From a virus (taxonomy: Duplodnaviria; Caudoviricetes), in the IMG/VR virus record IMGVR_UViG_3300027732_000003, positions 1 to 40,767 of that record: a stretch of DNA of 40,767 nt, one strand, 5' to 3'. The notes under the pieces are model-generated. The model made no database searches and was not told the origin of the DNA. It saw only the letters and a program-made list of their open reading frames with translations. Position numbers and translations under genes: made by a program. Shown here piece by piece: positions 6,148-13,231 of this stretch. Within the stretch, counting starts at the first letter, position 1. The number at the start of each line of letters is the position of its first letter.

Positions 6148-6575
6148 TATTCCAGTTCTTCTTTGACCATAACCTCAACCATGCCAATAGTGCCGTAAAC
6201 CTTGGTAGCATGAAGTGAAACTACTAAGCTATCGTCCACAAACACAATGCCGTTCATGCCATCAAATATTGCTTTGCAATAATTATCAATGTCACTTTTC
6301 TTGGTTGGGCGCTCTTGGCCTGATAAACAAGCCTGTGTGCGTTTTTTACTGTATGAGGCTGGAACAGGCAGGGTTATGTAGATATAAGCTCCTACAGGCG
6401 TTTCTAGAGGCTCTGAAGCACCCATTGCAAGCTTTGCCGATTCTGAAACCTTAGACTCGTAATCAACTGTGGTTTTTGGACTGTAAGTTGAGACAAATTT
6501 GCCCCGTCTAGCAAACCTAGGTCTGCCTTTAGGTACTGGTGTGCCATCCACCATAAATGTGACCATAAATGTCAT
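6147..6575 (-). CDS. rusA: RusA-family Holliday junction resolvase
   Basis: PVPKGRPR, K.DIDN..KAIFDGMNG and DDSLV motifs. Confidence 0.9.
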   Translation of the reverse strand: MTFMVTFMVDGTPVPKGRPRFARRGKFVSTYSPKTTVDYESKVSESAKLAMGASEPLETPVGAYIYITLPVPASYSKKRTQACLSGQERPTKKSDIDNYCKAIFDGMNGIVFVDDSLVVSLHATKVYGTIGMVEVMVKEELE

Positions 6576-6784
6576 TCAAGGGTTCCTTCTCTCATTTGGG
6601 CCATATAAGTTCTTATTCTGTCTCTAGCACCGCTGCCATATATGCGTTCTGCTCTTTCAAGCCTAGCTCTGATAAGGTCCCTGTTTTGGGATGATTCCCA
6701 ATTGCGGTACAGCTCACGAGCTTCTGCTTTTTCAAGGATGACTCTGTCGCTAGGGTTCTCAATTGTTTTTCTGCTGTAGGTCAC
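6572..6784 (-). CDS. Hypothetical protein
   Basis: 70 aa ORF coupled to rusA. Confidence 0.6.
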   Translation of the reverse strand: MTYSRKTIENPSDRVILEKAEARELYRNWESSQNRDLIRARLERAERIYGSGARDRIRTYMAQMREGTLE

Positions 6785-6878
6785 CAGTAAGCTCCAAGGC
6801 CATCAGTATGATTTTTTCAGGGTAAGGCACTCCATCCCTTACCTTGTCCAAGATTCTCATTGCGTCAGCGTGTGTCAT
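6759..6878 (-). CDS. Small hypothetical protein
   Basis: MTHADAMRILDKVRDG...ALELTGDL, 39 aa, ATGA overlap. Confidence 0.55.
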   Translation of the reverse strand: MTHADAMRILDKVRDGVPYPEKIILMALELTGDLQQKNN

Positions 6879-7048
6879 TTGGCTTCCCTAACACCATTCA
6901 TTTGCTCAAAAATCCAATCCTCTTCTAAATCATCAATTAACTTTTCTAATTGGTTTTCAAGATTTTTTATTCTTTTTTCTTGTTCATCAAATCGATCTAC
7001 AACATCTTTAACAAATTGACCTACAAGTTCCCATTCTTCTTTTGTCAT
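6875..7048 (-). CDS. Small acidic coiled-coil protein
   Basis: MTKEEWELV...REAK, 57 aa, ATGA overlaps. Confidence 0.55.
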   Translation of the reverse strand: MTKEEWELVGQFVKDVVDRFDEQEKRIKNLENQLEKLIDDLEEDWIFEQMNGVREAK

Positions 7049-7803
7049 GCTTTTCTCCTGTAAGAGTTAAGAATTGCTCGTTCTTCGGGTGTTGGTGGGC
7101 GTGTTGTTTTTTCATCTGCCTTAATCTTCTCTAAAGCAGGGTCGGGCAGGTTGGATGGGGCAACAGTAACTCTGACAATGTCGGCAGGATTCATCTTTGG
7201 GGCTTTTTGGTTTCTCACCCAATTACGCCAAGTGGCTGCCCAATCCAACTTCACCCCATCTTTGCCAGGCTTGGCACACCAAAAATCTTTAAACTGATCT
7301 GCTACCTGCATGGCATTCAAATCAGGTCTTTCCTTGTTAGCCCAATATTCCCATTCGTTTGGCAAAACCCAATCATTGGCGAGGCGCAAGCCACGCTTAC
7401 TATTCTGTTTCTTATCTGTATCTGTATCTGCTTCTGTATCTATAGCGTTACTTGGACGTTTCTGTAACGTTTCATCAGTGTTACTTGGTTGTTTCTTTTT
7501 ATCACGATACTTGCGAACCCGCATGGTGCTTGAGTCTGAGACAAATTGACGTTTGTCCCAATTCAAAATGTTCCAGTGTTTATCAATAAAGTTTTTGCTA
7601 ATAAACAGTTGTTTTGTTTCTAGCAATTGCGCCTCATCTAAACGCAATTGAAAAGCAATCTCTGTTTCATGTAACGTTTCAAGTACTTCACTACATCTAA
7701 GGCATAAGAGCATGACATAACGTCTTTGCATTGCCTCTGGAAGCATTTGAATTTTGGGGTCGTGTGCGAACTCTGAATAGAGTCTGAACCATGGGTTAGC
7801 CAT
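7045..7803 (-). CDS. Phage replication initiator (replisome organizer type)
   Basis: N-terminal WFRLYSEFAHDPKI, central DTEADTDTD linker and C-terminal F.DFW...K.DW.ATWRNW. Confidence 0.85.
   Translation of the reverse strand: MANPWFRLYSEFAHDPKIQMLPEAMQRRYVMLLCLRCSEVLETLHETEIAFQLRLDEAQLLETKQLFISKNFIDKHWNILNWDKRQFVSDSSTMRVRKYRDKKKQPSNTDETLQKRPSNAIDTEADTDTDKKQNSKRGLRLANDWVLPNEWEYWANKERPDLNAMQVADQFKDFWCAKPGKDGVKLDWAATWRNWVRNQKAPKMNPADIVRVTVAPSNLPDPALEKIKADEKTTRPPTPEERAILNSYRRKA
7413..7488. repeat. Intragenic repeats, putative replication origin
   Basis: TATCTG x3-5 (7413-7442), GTTACTTGG x2 (7447, 7480), TGTAACGTTTCA (7463, also 7670); lambda O-type origins lie inside the initiator gene. Confidence 0.45.
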
Positions 7804-7833
7804 AATGTGTGCCGCTTTTTAAACACCCTTGAA

Positions 7834-7900
7834 GGAACTTCCAGCAGGAGAAGGGATAACTCTTTTCGGGTGGGTAATTAGTCCAACCTAGCTGGGTTCC
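7834..7900 (-). ncRNA. Structured 5' leader of the initiator gene
   Basis: GGAAC/GTTCC plus CCAGC/GCTGG closing stem enclosing two hairpins. Confidence 0.45.
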
Positions 7901-7908
7901 ATAATACA

Positions 7909-8106
7909 TTATTTAGGACTACGTTTCAAGCTTCTCATCTTGGTCGTTGAATGTCCAATGTGAAAAAACCCACAAGATGGACATTTGTAGATCTGAAAAG
8001 AATTATCTCTTTTTTTGTTGATTGTGGAATTGGCTATTAAAAAAGTGGGGAAGGGGTGCTTGCCCACGCATTGAACAGCAGGATCGAACTTATCGGTTGT
8101 TTTCAT
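7909..8106 (-). CDS. Small zinc-ribbon protein
   Basis: C.GK ... YKCPSCGFFHIGH. Confidence 0.65.
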   Translation of the reverse strand: MKTTDKFDPAVQCVGKHPFPTFLIANSTINKKRDNSFQIYKCPSCGFFHIGHSTTKMRSLKRSPK

Positions 8107-8282
8107 TGATACATACCAAAAATATTAATTGGGCGTTCGACATGAAGCTCTAAAGCTTTGGCTATTAAACCAACCATGGCAGCATCTCGGTCGTCAGGAC
8201 GTTGGTTGTAAGTTATAACTAAGTTATAGGCGTAAGCAAGTAATGCTTCAGCACAGGCTTGTTCGGATTGTTCGATGTTCAT
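8103..8282 (-). CDS. Hypothetical protein, probably leaderless; first gene of the leftward operon
   Basis: MNIEQSEQAC..., 59 aa; extended -10 TGCTAGTCT 7 nt before the ATG; no SD. Confidence 0.6.
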   Translation of the reverse strand: MNIEQSEQACAEALLAYAYNLVITYNQRPDDRDAAMVGLIAKALELHVERPINIFGMYQ

Positions 8283-8384
8283 GCCGAGAAGACTAGCAGA
8301 TATTTAAAAATCACATACTAGGGAAAACCCCTATGTTTTTATTTTAAAAGCCATGGCACATTAAAGGTTCTCAAGGAGAAAGTA
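8283..8384. promoter_or_regulatory. Divergent promoter region with a central TAGGGAAAACCCCTA palindrome
   Basis: Genes diverge at 8282 and 8385; palindrome at 8319-8333. Confidence 0.65.
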
Positions 8385-8585
8385 ATGGCAACACTAAACG
8401 GCAGAAAAGTTATCGACATCGAAGTGGATGGTGTCGATAGTAGGGATTATCCTGATTTCGCAGATGCGTACTTCAGTTACGCTTGCTACGAAGATGGCAC
8501 ACCACTTACAGATGAGGAACTAGTCAAACTAGCCGATCAGAATGGTGATGTCCTCTTTGACAAAGCATACGATTCACTTCACTAA
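8385..8585 (+). CDS. Small acidic protein
   Basis: 16 D/E against 5 K/R in 66 aa; AAGGAGAAAGTA leader. Confidence 0.8.
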   Translation: MATLNGRKVIDIEVDGVDSRDYPDFADAYFSYACYEDGTPLTDEELVKLADQNGDVLFDKAYDSLH

Positions 8586-8597
8586 GGAGAAAGTAAA

Positions 8598-8762
8598 ATG
8601 ATGAGCATGGAATTTACGAAAGTAATTGATGTTGAACTTGGTTCAATTGCAGAGATCTCTTCAGGCATCTACAGAGAACTGACTATCCGCACAAAAGATG
8701 GTGACATCAGAATCACTCTTGTTGCTGAAAGTGATGAGTCAGAAATTAAGATTTTATCTTAA
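8598..8762 (+). CDS. Hypothetical protein (54 aa)
   Basis: MMSMEFTKV...; AAGGAGAAAGTA leader. Confidence 0.7.
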   Translation: MMSMEFTKVIDVELGSIAEISSGIYRELTIRTKDGDIRITLVAESDESEIKILS

Positions 8763-8772
8763 GGAAAAAGTA

Positions 8773-8943
8773 ATGAACACACACGCACTCAAGTATGTCC
8801 GTCAATTGTTTCAGACATATGATGCACCCCCCCAAACAATTCGCAGCTACCAACGTCAATGGATTCGCTCTGTGCGTTATCTTGGCGACAATTGGTTGTT
8901 AGCCAAGAAAGTTGAACGACTTGAAACTCCAAAGCCTAATTGA
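8773..8943 (+). CDS. Hypothetical protein
   Basis: MNTHALKYVRQLF...; AAGGAAAAAGTA leader. Confidence 0.7.
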   Translation: MNTHALKYVRQLFQTYDAPPQTIRSYQRQWIRSVRYLGDNWLLAKKVERLETPKPN

Positions 8944-8959
8944 GCGCCAAGGTGATATC

Positions 8960-9157
8960 GTGAACAACTACATCATCGAATACAAAGAAGAGTACGCCCA
9001 CACAAAGTACTGCCCATATTGCGTTCAGCCCAAAGGACAAAAGTTTGTCTGCTGCGGTGAGATGGATTGGGTAGATTTCAAAGACCTTGATGACAACACT
9101 CAATTAGAGATCATTAAGGAAGAATATGACAATGCATTCAAAAACCACAAGGTATAA
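8960..9157 (+). CDS. Small zinc-binding protein
   Basis: YCPYC...CCGE; GTG start after AAGGTG. Confidence 0.6.
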   Translation: MNNYIIEYKEEYAHTKYCPYCVQPKGQKFVCCGEMDWVDFKDLDDNTQLEIIKEEYDNAFKNHKV

Positions 9158-9158
9158 C

Positions 9159-9728
9159 ATGACAGTAAATGATTTACTTAAGCTTGATGTAAACAAGAAC
9201 ACAGAGAAGAAAGGTAACCTGACCTATCTTTCATGGGCTTGGGCTTGGGCAGAAGCTCTTAAAGCAGACGCTAATGCCCACTTTCAAGTAATGATGTTTG
9301 GCGACAAATGTTATACCGACATAAATGGCACATATATGGTTTGGGTAACAGTCACTATGTTTGGCAAACCAATGACTTGCCAACTGCCTGTTATGGATCA
9401 CCGCAACAAGGCTATTCAACACCCTGATGCGTTTGCAGTGAATACGGCCATCATGCGTTGCATGACAAAGGCTTTAAGCCTCCATGGTCTAGGTTTGTAT
9501 ATCTATGCGGGTGAAGACCTGCCAGAGCAGGATACAAGTCTTGTAGATGCCGTTGTGGCAGCTATTAAGGAAAGATACGAAGCAGGTGATGAGCCTGGTA
9601 TGTATGGCGAATGGGAATCTATTACAGATAACGAAGTTCGTCTTAGGGTTTGGAATACGCTAAGCCCTGATAGTAAAGTAAGGTCGGCTATTAAAGCCTA
9701 CAAAGAAAAAATGAAGGAAAGCAAATGA
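9159..9728 (+). CDS. Sak-type single-strand annealing protein (DUF1071)
   Basis: LTYLSWAWAW, LPVMD.RN and RC..KA...HGLGLYIYAGEDLP motifs. Confidence 0.88.
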   Translation: MTVNDLLKLDVNKNTEKKGNLTYLSWAWAWAEALKADANAHFQVMMFGDKCYTDINGTYMVWVTVTMFGKPMTCQLPVMDHRNKAIQHPDAFAVNTAIMRCMTKALSLHGLGLYIYAGEDLPEQDTSLVDAVVAAIKERYEAGDEPGMYGEWESITDNEVRLRVWNTLSPDSKVRSAIKAYKEKMKESK

Positions 9729-9997
9729 AACGATTAGATGCAGTTGCCACAGTAGGCGAGTACAAAGACAAAAAAACTGGTGAAACAAAAAAACGCTATT
9801 CCAAATGTGGATCAGTATTTATTGATGATGAAGGCAATATCTCATTCAAAATTGATGTGTTGCCAGTTCATAGTTGGGATGGATGGATCAATGGAAAAGA
9901 ACCATTTGATGGTGAGAAACCCTCCCGTCAAAGTTCTGCACCCACCCGCAAAGGTGGCAATGGATTTGATGACATGGCAAATGATGTGCCGTTCTGA
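9725..9997 (+). CDS. Small SSB-like protein
   Basis: Follows the annealase; acidic C-terminal tail FDDMANDVPF. Confidence 0.7.
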   Translation: MKRLDAVATVGEYKDKKTGETKKRYSKCGSVFIDDEGNISFKIDVLPVHSWDGWINGKEPFDGEKPSRQSSAPTRKGGNGFDDMANDVPF

Positions 9998-10004
9998 TTA
10001 AAAC

Positions 10005-10079
10005 GGGGGAAAAGCGGATGCTAATTGTTAAGTCGAGGCTTTTTTAAGATCGCATCAATTAGACGTAGCGAGTACCCCC
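10005..10079 (+). ncRNA. Structured intergenic RNA with a loop-E-like internal loop
   Basis: GGGGG/CCCCC closing stem, AAAA/GAGTA internal loop and CTAATTG/CAATTAG stem. Confidence 0.55.
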
Positions 10080-10103
10080 ACCCAATTTTTTAAGGAGAAA
10101 GTA

Positions 10104-10403
10104 ATGATAGATTTGTTTAAACTGTTCCGTAAAGATGCTAAAGACACTTCAGTAGAAGCCGCCAAAAGCATCATGCTTGCCCTGCCAAACATTGAGGGGG
10201 CAGTCTATGAATATGCAGCCATGCGTGGCAGTAAAGGATTCACAGACGATCAAATGAATGAACACTTCCAAACCCACAAATCAACTTACAGAGCTAGACG
10301 TTCTTCTTTGGTAGAAAAAGGATTGATTGAAGATTCTGGAGTTTGTGTAAAAGGTCCTAATGGCCGTAACATGACTGTATGGAGAATAGTATGCAATTTC
10401 TAA
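10104..10403 (+). CDS. Winged-helix DNA-binding protein
   Basis: GFTDDQ..., RARRSSLVEKGLIEDSG and GRNMTVW pattern. Confidence 0.65.
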   Translation: MIDLFKLFRKDAKDTSVEAAKSIMLALPNIEGAVYEYAAMRGSKGFTDDQMNEHFQTHKSTYRARRSSLVEKGLIEDSGVCVKGPNGRNMTVWRIVCNF

Positions 10404-10597
10404 TAGATCTATTCTCTGGCCAAAGTTATACAAAAACTGACACCATGTTGATCAACCAAAATGGTGATGTGTTTAACAAGATTGGTGATAACTACATCGA
10501 CAATGAAGGCACATTGATGACCAAGATTGGCAGTGACTATCTCAATACCAAAACTGGAATGATGTCTAGCTTTGATGACCCATTCTTAGATGATTAG
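10391..10597 (+). CDS. Hypothetical protein with short internal repeats
   Basis: N.NG....KIGDNY / NEG....KIGSDY repeats; likely start at 10391. Confidence 0.6.
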   Translation: MQFLIDLFSGQSYTKTDTMLINQNGDVFNKIGDNYIDNEGTLMTKIGSDYLNTKTGMMSSFDDPFLDD

Positions 10598-11097
10598 CTT
10601 AAAAATAAAGCCTTCTCGGCTTTCCTGCGCTTAATTAAGCCTTTAACTTCTTTGCCGCCAGCCTTAGTCCACATCATAAAAGCGTGGGCGGCATCTTCCC
10701 ACTCACCACGATTGACCTTCATCCGAATGGTTGATCGTTGGTAGTTACCTAACCCAGCATTGTAGGCAAAAGAGACAACAGCATCGAATTTGCTTTGATG
10801 ACTAACAAGATTAGGAGAAAGTCGAAGAACACCACGTTCAAAAGAATTGATGTCCACCTTGAATAACTCGACCAGTTCCTCTTTCGACCATGCACGATTA
10901 TCTTCCCCCTTAAGTTGATAGTCAGACCTGATAAGCCCCGTATAACCCTCTTTACGCACGTTTGGAAGGGCTAATTGGTCTGAGTACATTGCGTGGCCCC
11001 AACCCACTGTCCAAATCGCAGCACTGCACCGATACGGGCGTGTCCTGTACCCCTCAAAAAAGTGCATCAAGTCTTCACCAGCTTTGCTGATTTTCAT
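10594..11097 (-). CDS. Endolysin, GH24 phage lysozyme
   Basis: FEG....Y.C.A.IWTVGWGH, FDAVVSFAYNAG and GL..RR.AE motifs. Confidence 0.93.
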   Translation of the reverse strand: MKISKAGEDLMHFFEGYRTRPYRCSAAIWTVGWGHAMYSDQLALPNVRKEGYTGLIRSDYQLKGEDNRAWSKEELVELFKVDINSFERGVLRLSPNLVSHQSKFDAVVSFAYNAGLGNYQRSTIRMKVNRGEWEDAAHAFMMWTKAGGKEVKGLIKRRKAEKALFLS

Positions 11098-11597
11098 TTC
11101 TTAGCCCAGCCTCTTGAGCCAAACCAAAAACCAATGATTCCACCCAACATGGCCATCTCATCGGTAGAGAAAATAATGTCAGACAAACGAATCAAATCAT
11201 CCATGCTTGTTACTAAGCTAGGGCGAGAGTAGATGTAGTAGGCAATCCAAGCGTTGATGGCGACCAACTCAAGCACAAAGATATAAGTCACTGTAGGTCT
11301 AACAGTACCGACATAGTTGGCAACCCATTGCGAAGCCTTCTCTAGCACCTTCTCATCGTGCTTTAAAGCCGCCTCGGTCATCTGAGCTTCAGACTGCATG
11401 GCAACTTGGTCTGTGCGGATTTCCTCTACTCTAGCTTGAGCCGCAAACCCTGCCGCAGCCAACTGAAGTTCTCTTTCTGTCTGTACTCTTGCCAAAGCCA
11501 ATTCATGCTTTTGGTCTGCTTTGTTTTGAAAGAAGTCTAAGAGTTTAGGTAAGCCTGAGATTAACAAGCCACCGAGGGTAGAAAATAAAGATAACAT
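11094..11597 (-). CDS. Putative holin (GTA 3TM-like)
   Basis: VRPTVTY and GFWFGSRG motifs; hydrophobic segments; adjacent to the lysozyme. Confidence 0.65.
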   Translation of the reverse strand: MLSLFSTLGGLLISGLPKLLDFFQNKADQKHELALARVQTERELQLAAAGFAAQARVEEIRTDQVAMQSEAQMTEAALKHDEKVLEKASQWVANYVGTVRPTVTYIFVLELVAINAWIAYYIYSRPSLVTSMDDLIRLSDIIFSTDEMAMLGGIIGFWFGSRGWAKK

Positions 11598-11746
11598 TAC
11601 AGTCCAATCATTCCAAGAAGTTTATCAACAATTTTTCCTGCCAACTCGTCAGGTAAGTGAGGTAGCAGACCAATCACCAGATATGCCACATAAAGTTTAG
11701 CAAATATCTTAAAGAATTTGTCTGCTTGTTTTTGGTACTCATTCAT
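11597..11746 (-). CDS. Small membrane protein (49 aa)
   Basis: MNEYQKQADKFFKIFAKLYVAYLVIGLL...; TAATG coupling. Confidence 0.6.
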   Translation of the reverse strand: MNEYQKQADKFFKIFAKLYVAYLVIGLLPHLPDELAGKIVDKLLGMIGL

Positions 11747-11824
11747 TTCCCAGCCTTGGATAAATAACTATCCAAAAAAAATAGTTTAAAGGCACAGCAG
11801 ACCAAAGCACTATATCAAGCCAAG

Positions 11825-12319
11825 TCATCTACCGCACCTTGCTGTAGCACATAGTTCGTTAATTTGTGTAAGTCCCCAGCCAACAGCACCAACGAACATC
11901 ACAATGATGACAATAGCAATTGCCCATTGCATTTGTTCTGCTTCTAAATCCTTTTGACGTTGTTCTTCTTCTTTGGCTTTACGAGCAGCTATGGCATCAT
12001 CTCTATCCATCTCTGCTGCTCTTGCTTTAATCTTATTCCACACGTCTATATTGCCCGTCTGCATGTAAAGCAGTTGAAGTTGAGATTCCAACTTAGCCGT
12101 TTCCATCAACGCATTTTCGATTTGCATGGCAACGCTAAAGTTGGATTTGTTGCCCGACCTTTTAGCCTCAACCATCGCCTTAGTTGCTTGGCTACGAGCG
12201 TCAAAGAGTTTGCCGACAACGCCAGCTAACCCACCCAAATCATTTGCAATTTTGGCGGCTTTTTTTACAACTGCTATTGCGCTTTGCAGTCCTTCTAATG
12301 CGCTTATTGGGTCAATCAA
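11825..12319 (-). CDS. Membrane-anchored coiled-coil protein, lysis region
   Basis: MIDPIS... with a C-terminal transmembrane segment. Confidence 0.7.
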   Translation of the reverse strand: MIDPISALEGLQSAIAVVKKAAKIANDLGGLAGVVGKLFDARSQATKAMVEAKRSGNKSNFSVAMQIENALMETAKLESQLQLLYMQTGNIDVWNKIKARAAEMDRDDAIAARKAKEEEQRQKDLEAEQMQWAIAIVIIVMFVGAVGWGLTQINELCATARCGR

Positions 12320-12468
12320 TTTCTATCTACCTTTTGCCATTCAAGACACACAACTTTGCGGTTATAAACATCACCTGTCCATGCCCATCTGACGCAACGA
12401 TATTCAGTTTTATCTTTACTGGATGCCACCAATGTAAACAAAATTGAAAGCACTATTAGCCATCTCAC
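12316..12468 (-). CDS. Small secreted or membrane protein
   Basis: GTG start, signal-like N-terminus, YRCVRWAWTGDVYNRKVVCLEW. Confidence 0.55.
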   Translation of the reverse strand: MRWLIVLSILFTLVASSKDKTEYRCVRWAWTGDVYNRKVVCLEWQKVDRN

Positions 12469-12557
12469 GGATACGCCCAAAGAATTATGTAACTACAAAA
12501 AATGACAAAACAACTGATACAGACTGCAGCAATAAATGCTTCAGCCCAATCTCTCAT
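12465..12557 (-). CDS. Small membrane peptide (30 aa)
   Basis: MRDWAEAFIAAVCISCFVIF...; coupled overlaps. Confidence 0.5.
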   Translation of the reverse strand: MRDWAEAFIAAVCISCFVIFCSYIILWAYP

Positions 12558-12844
12558 TTTTTATTTCTCGCAGAAATATTTTTAGCTTTTGATTTAGCGT
12601 CTGCTTTTGATGATGCACCCCAAGCCTTCAAAGACAACAACAACCTTGTAGGCTTGCCATCCTTGTACTCAGGACCTGCCATGTTGCCCATCCTAGCTAA
12701 GAAGCTTGCTCGTCTAGGATTGTCGCCCGACTTGACGGGAGCTTTAAGGTTCATGCCCTGTGCTTTTGCACTAGCCCTACCTTTGGCATTTAACCCACCT
12801 TTGGGATTCTTTCCCTCAGATCGTGTCCATGCAGCGGTCTTCAT
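12554..12844 (-). CDS. Basic phage protein (DUF6321-like)
   Basis: AWTRSEGKNPKGGLNAKGRAS and RRASFLARM motifs. Confidence 0.7.
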   Translation of the reverse strand: MKTAAWTRSEGKNPKGGLNAKGRASAKAQGMNLKAPVKSGDNPRRASFLARMGNMAGPEYKDGKPTRLLLSLKAWGASSKADAKSKAKNISARNKK

Positions 12845-12993
12845 TATTTAGCCTTCTTGGCAGTCTTTGCAGACTTAATGAAGTCTTTTTTGGTAGGTGC
12901 GCCCTTAGTGCCAGCCTTCTTCATTTTTTCGCCTGAACCTTCAGCAATGCGCTTACGTTTAGCATGAATGTTTGCGTACAAACCTGTGGCCAT
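12844..12993 (-). CDS. Small Lys-rich protein
   Basis: MATGLYANIHAKRKRI...SAKTAKKAK, 49 aa. Confidence 0.7.
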   Translation of the reverse strand: MATGLYANIHAKRKRIAEGSGEKMKKAGTKGAPTKKDFIKSAKTAKKAK

Positions 12994-13001
12994 AGTTCAC
13001 C

Positions 13002-13229
13002 TCAAAAATGTGATTTAAAGTTTTGCCAAGCTATGCCAATGCCAGTAATCACCGCACCAAACCAAAGCAATGGTTTAGCAAATGATGCAATCCAATTCAA
13101 TACTTTTACTGCGCCTTGGGCAGCCTGAATAGCCTCCACAAGACCACGAGTATTGTTGTCAATACGATCTACTTTTTCCTCTACCTTAACGAGGCGTTCA
13201 TAAATTTGAGCGTGTGATACTTCAGACAT
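13002..13229 (-). CDS. Small coiled-coil plus TM protein (possible holin/antiholin)
   Basis: ERLVKVEEKVD heptads and a C-terminal hydrophobic helix. Confidence 0.6.
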   Translation of the reverse strand: MSEVSHAQIYERLVKVEEKVDRIDNNTRGLVEAIQAAQGAVKVLNWIASFAKPLLWFGAVITGIGIAWQNFKSHF

Positions 13230-13231
13230 GA

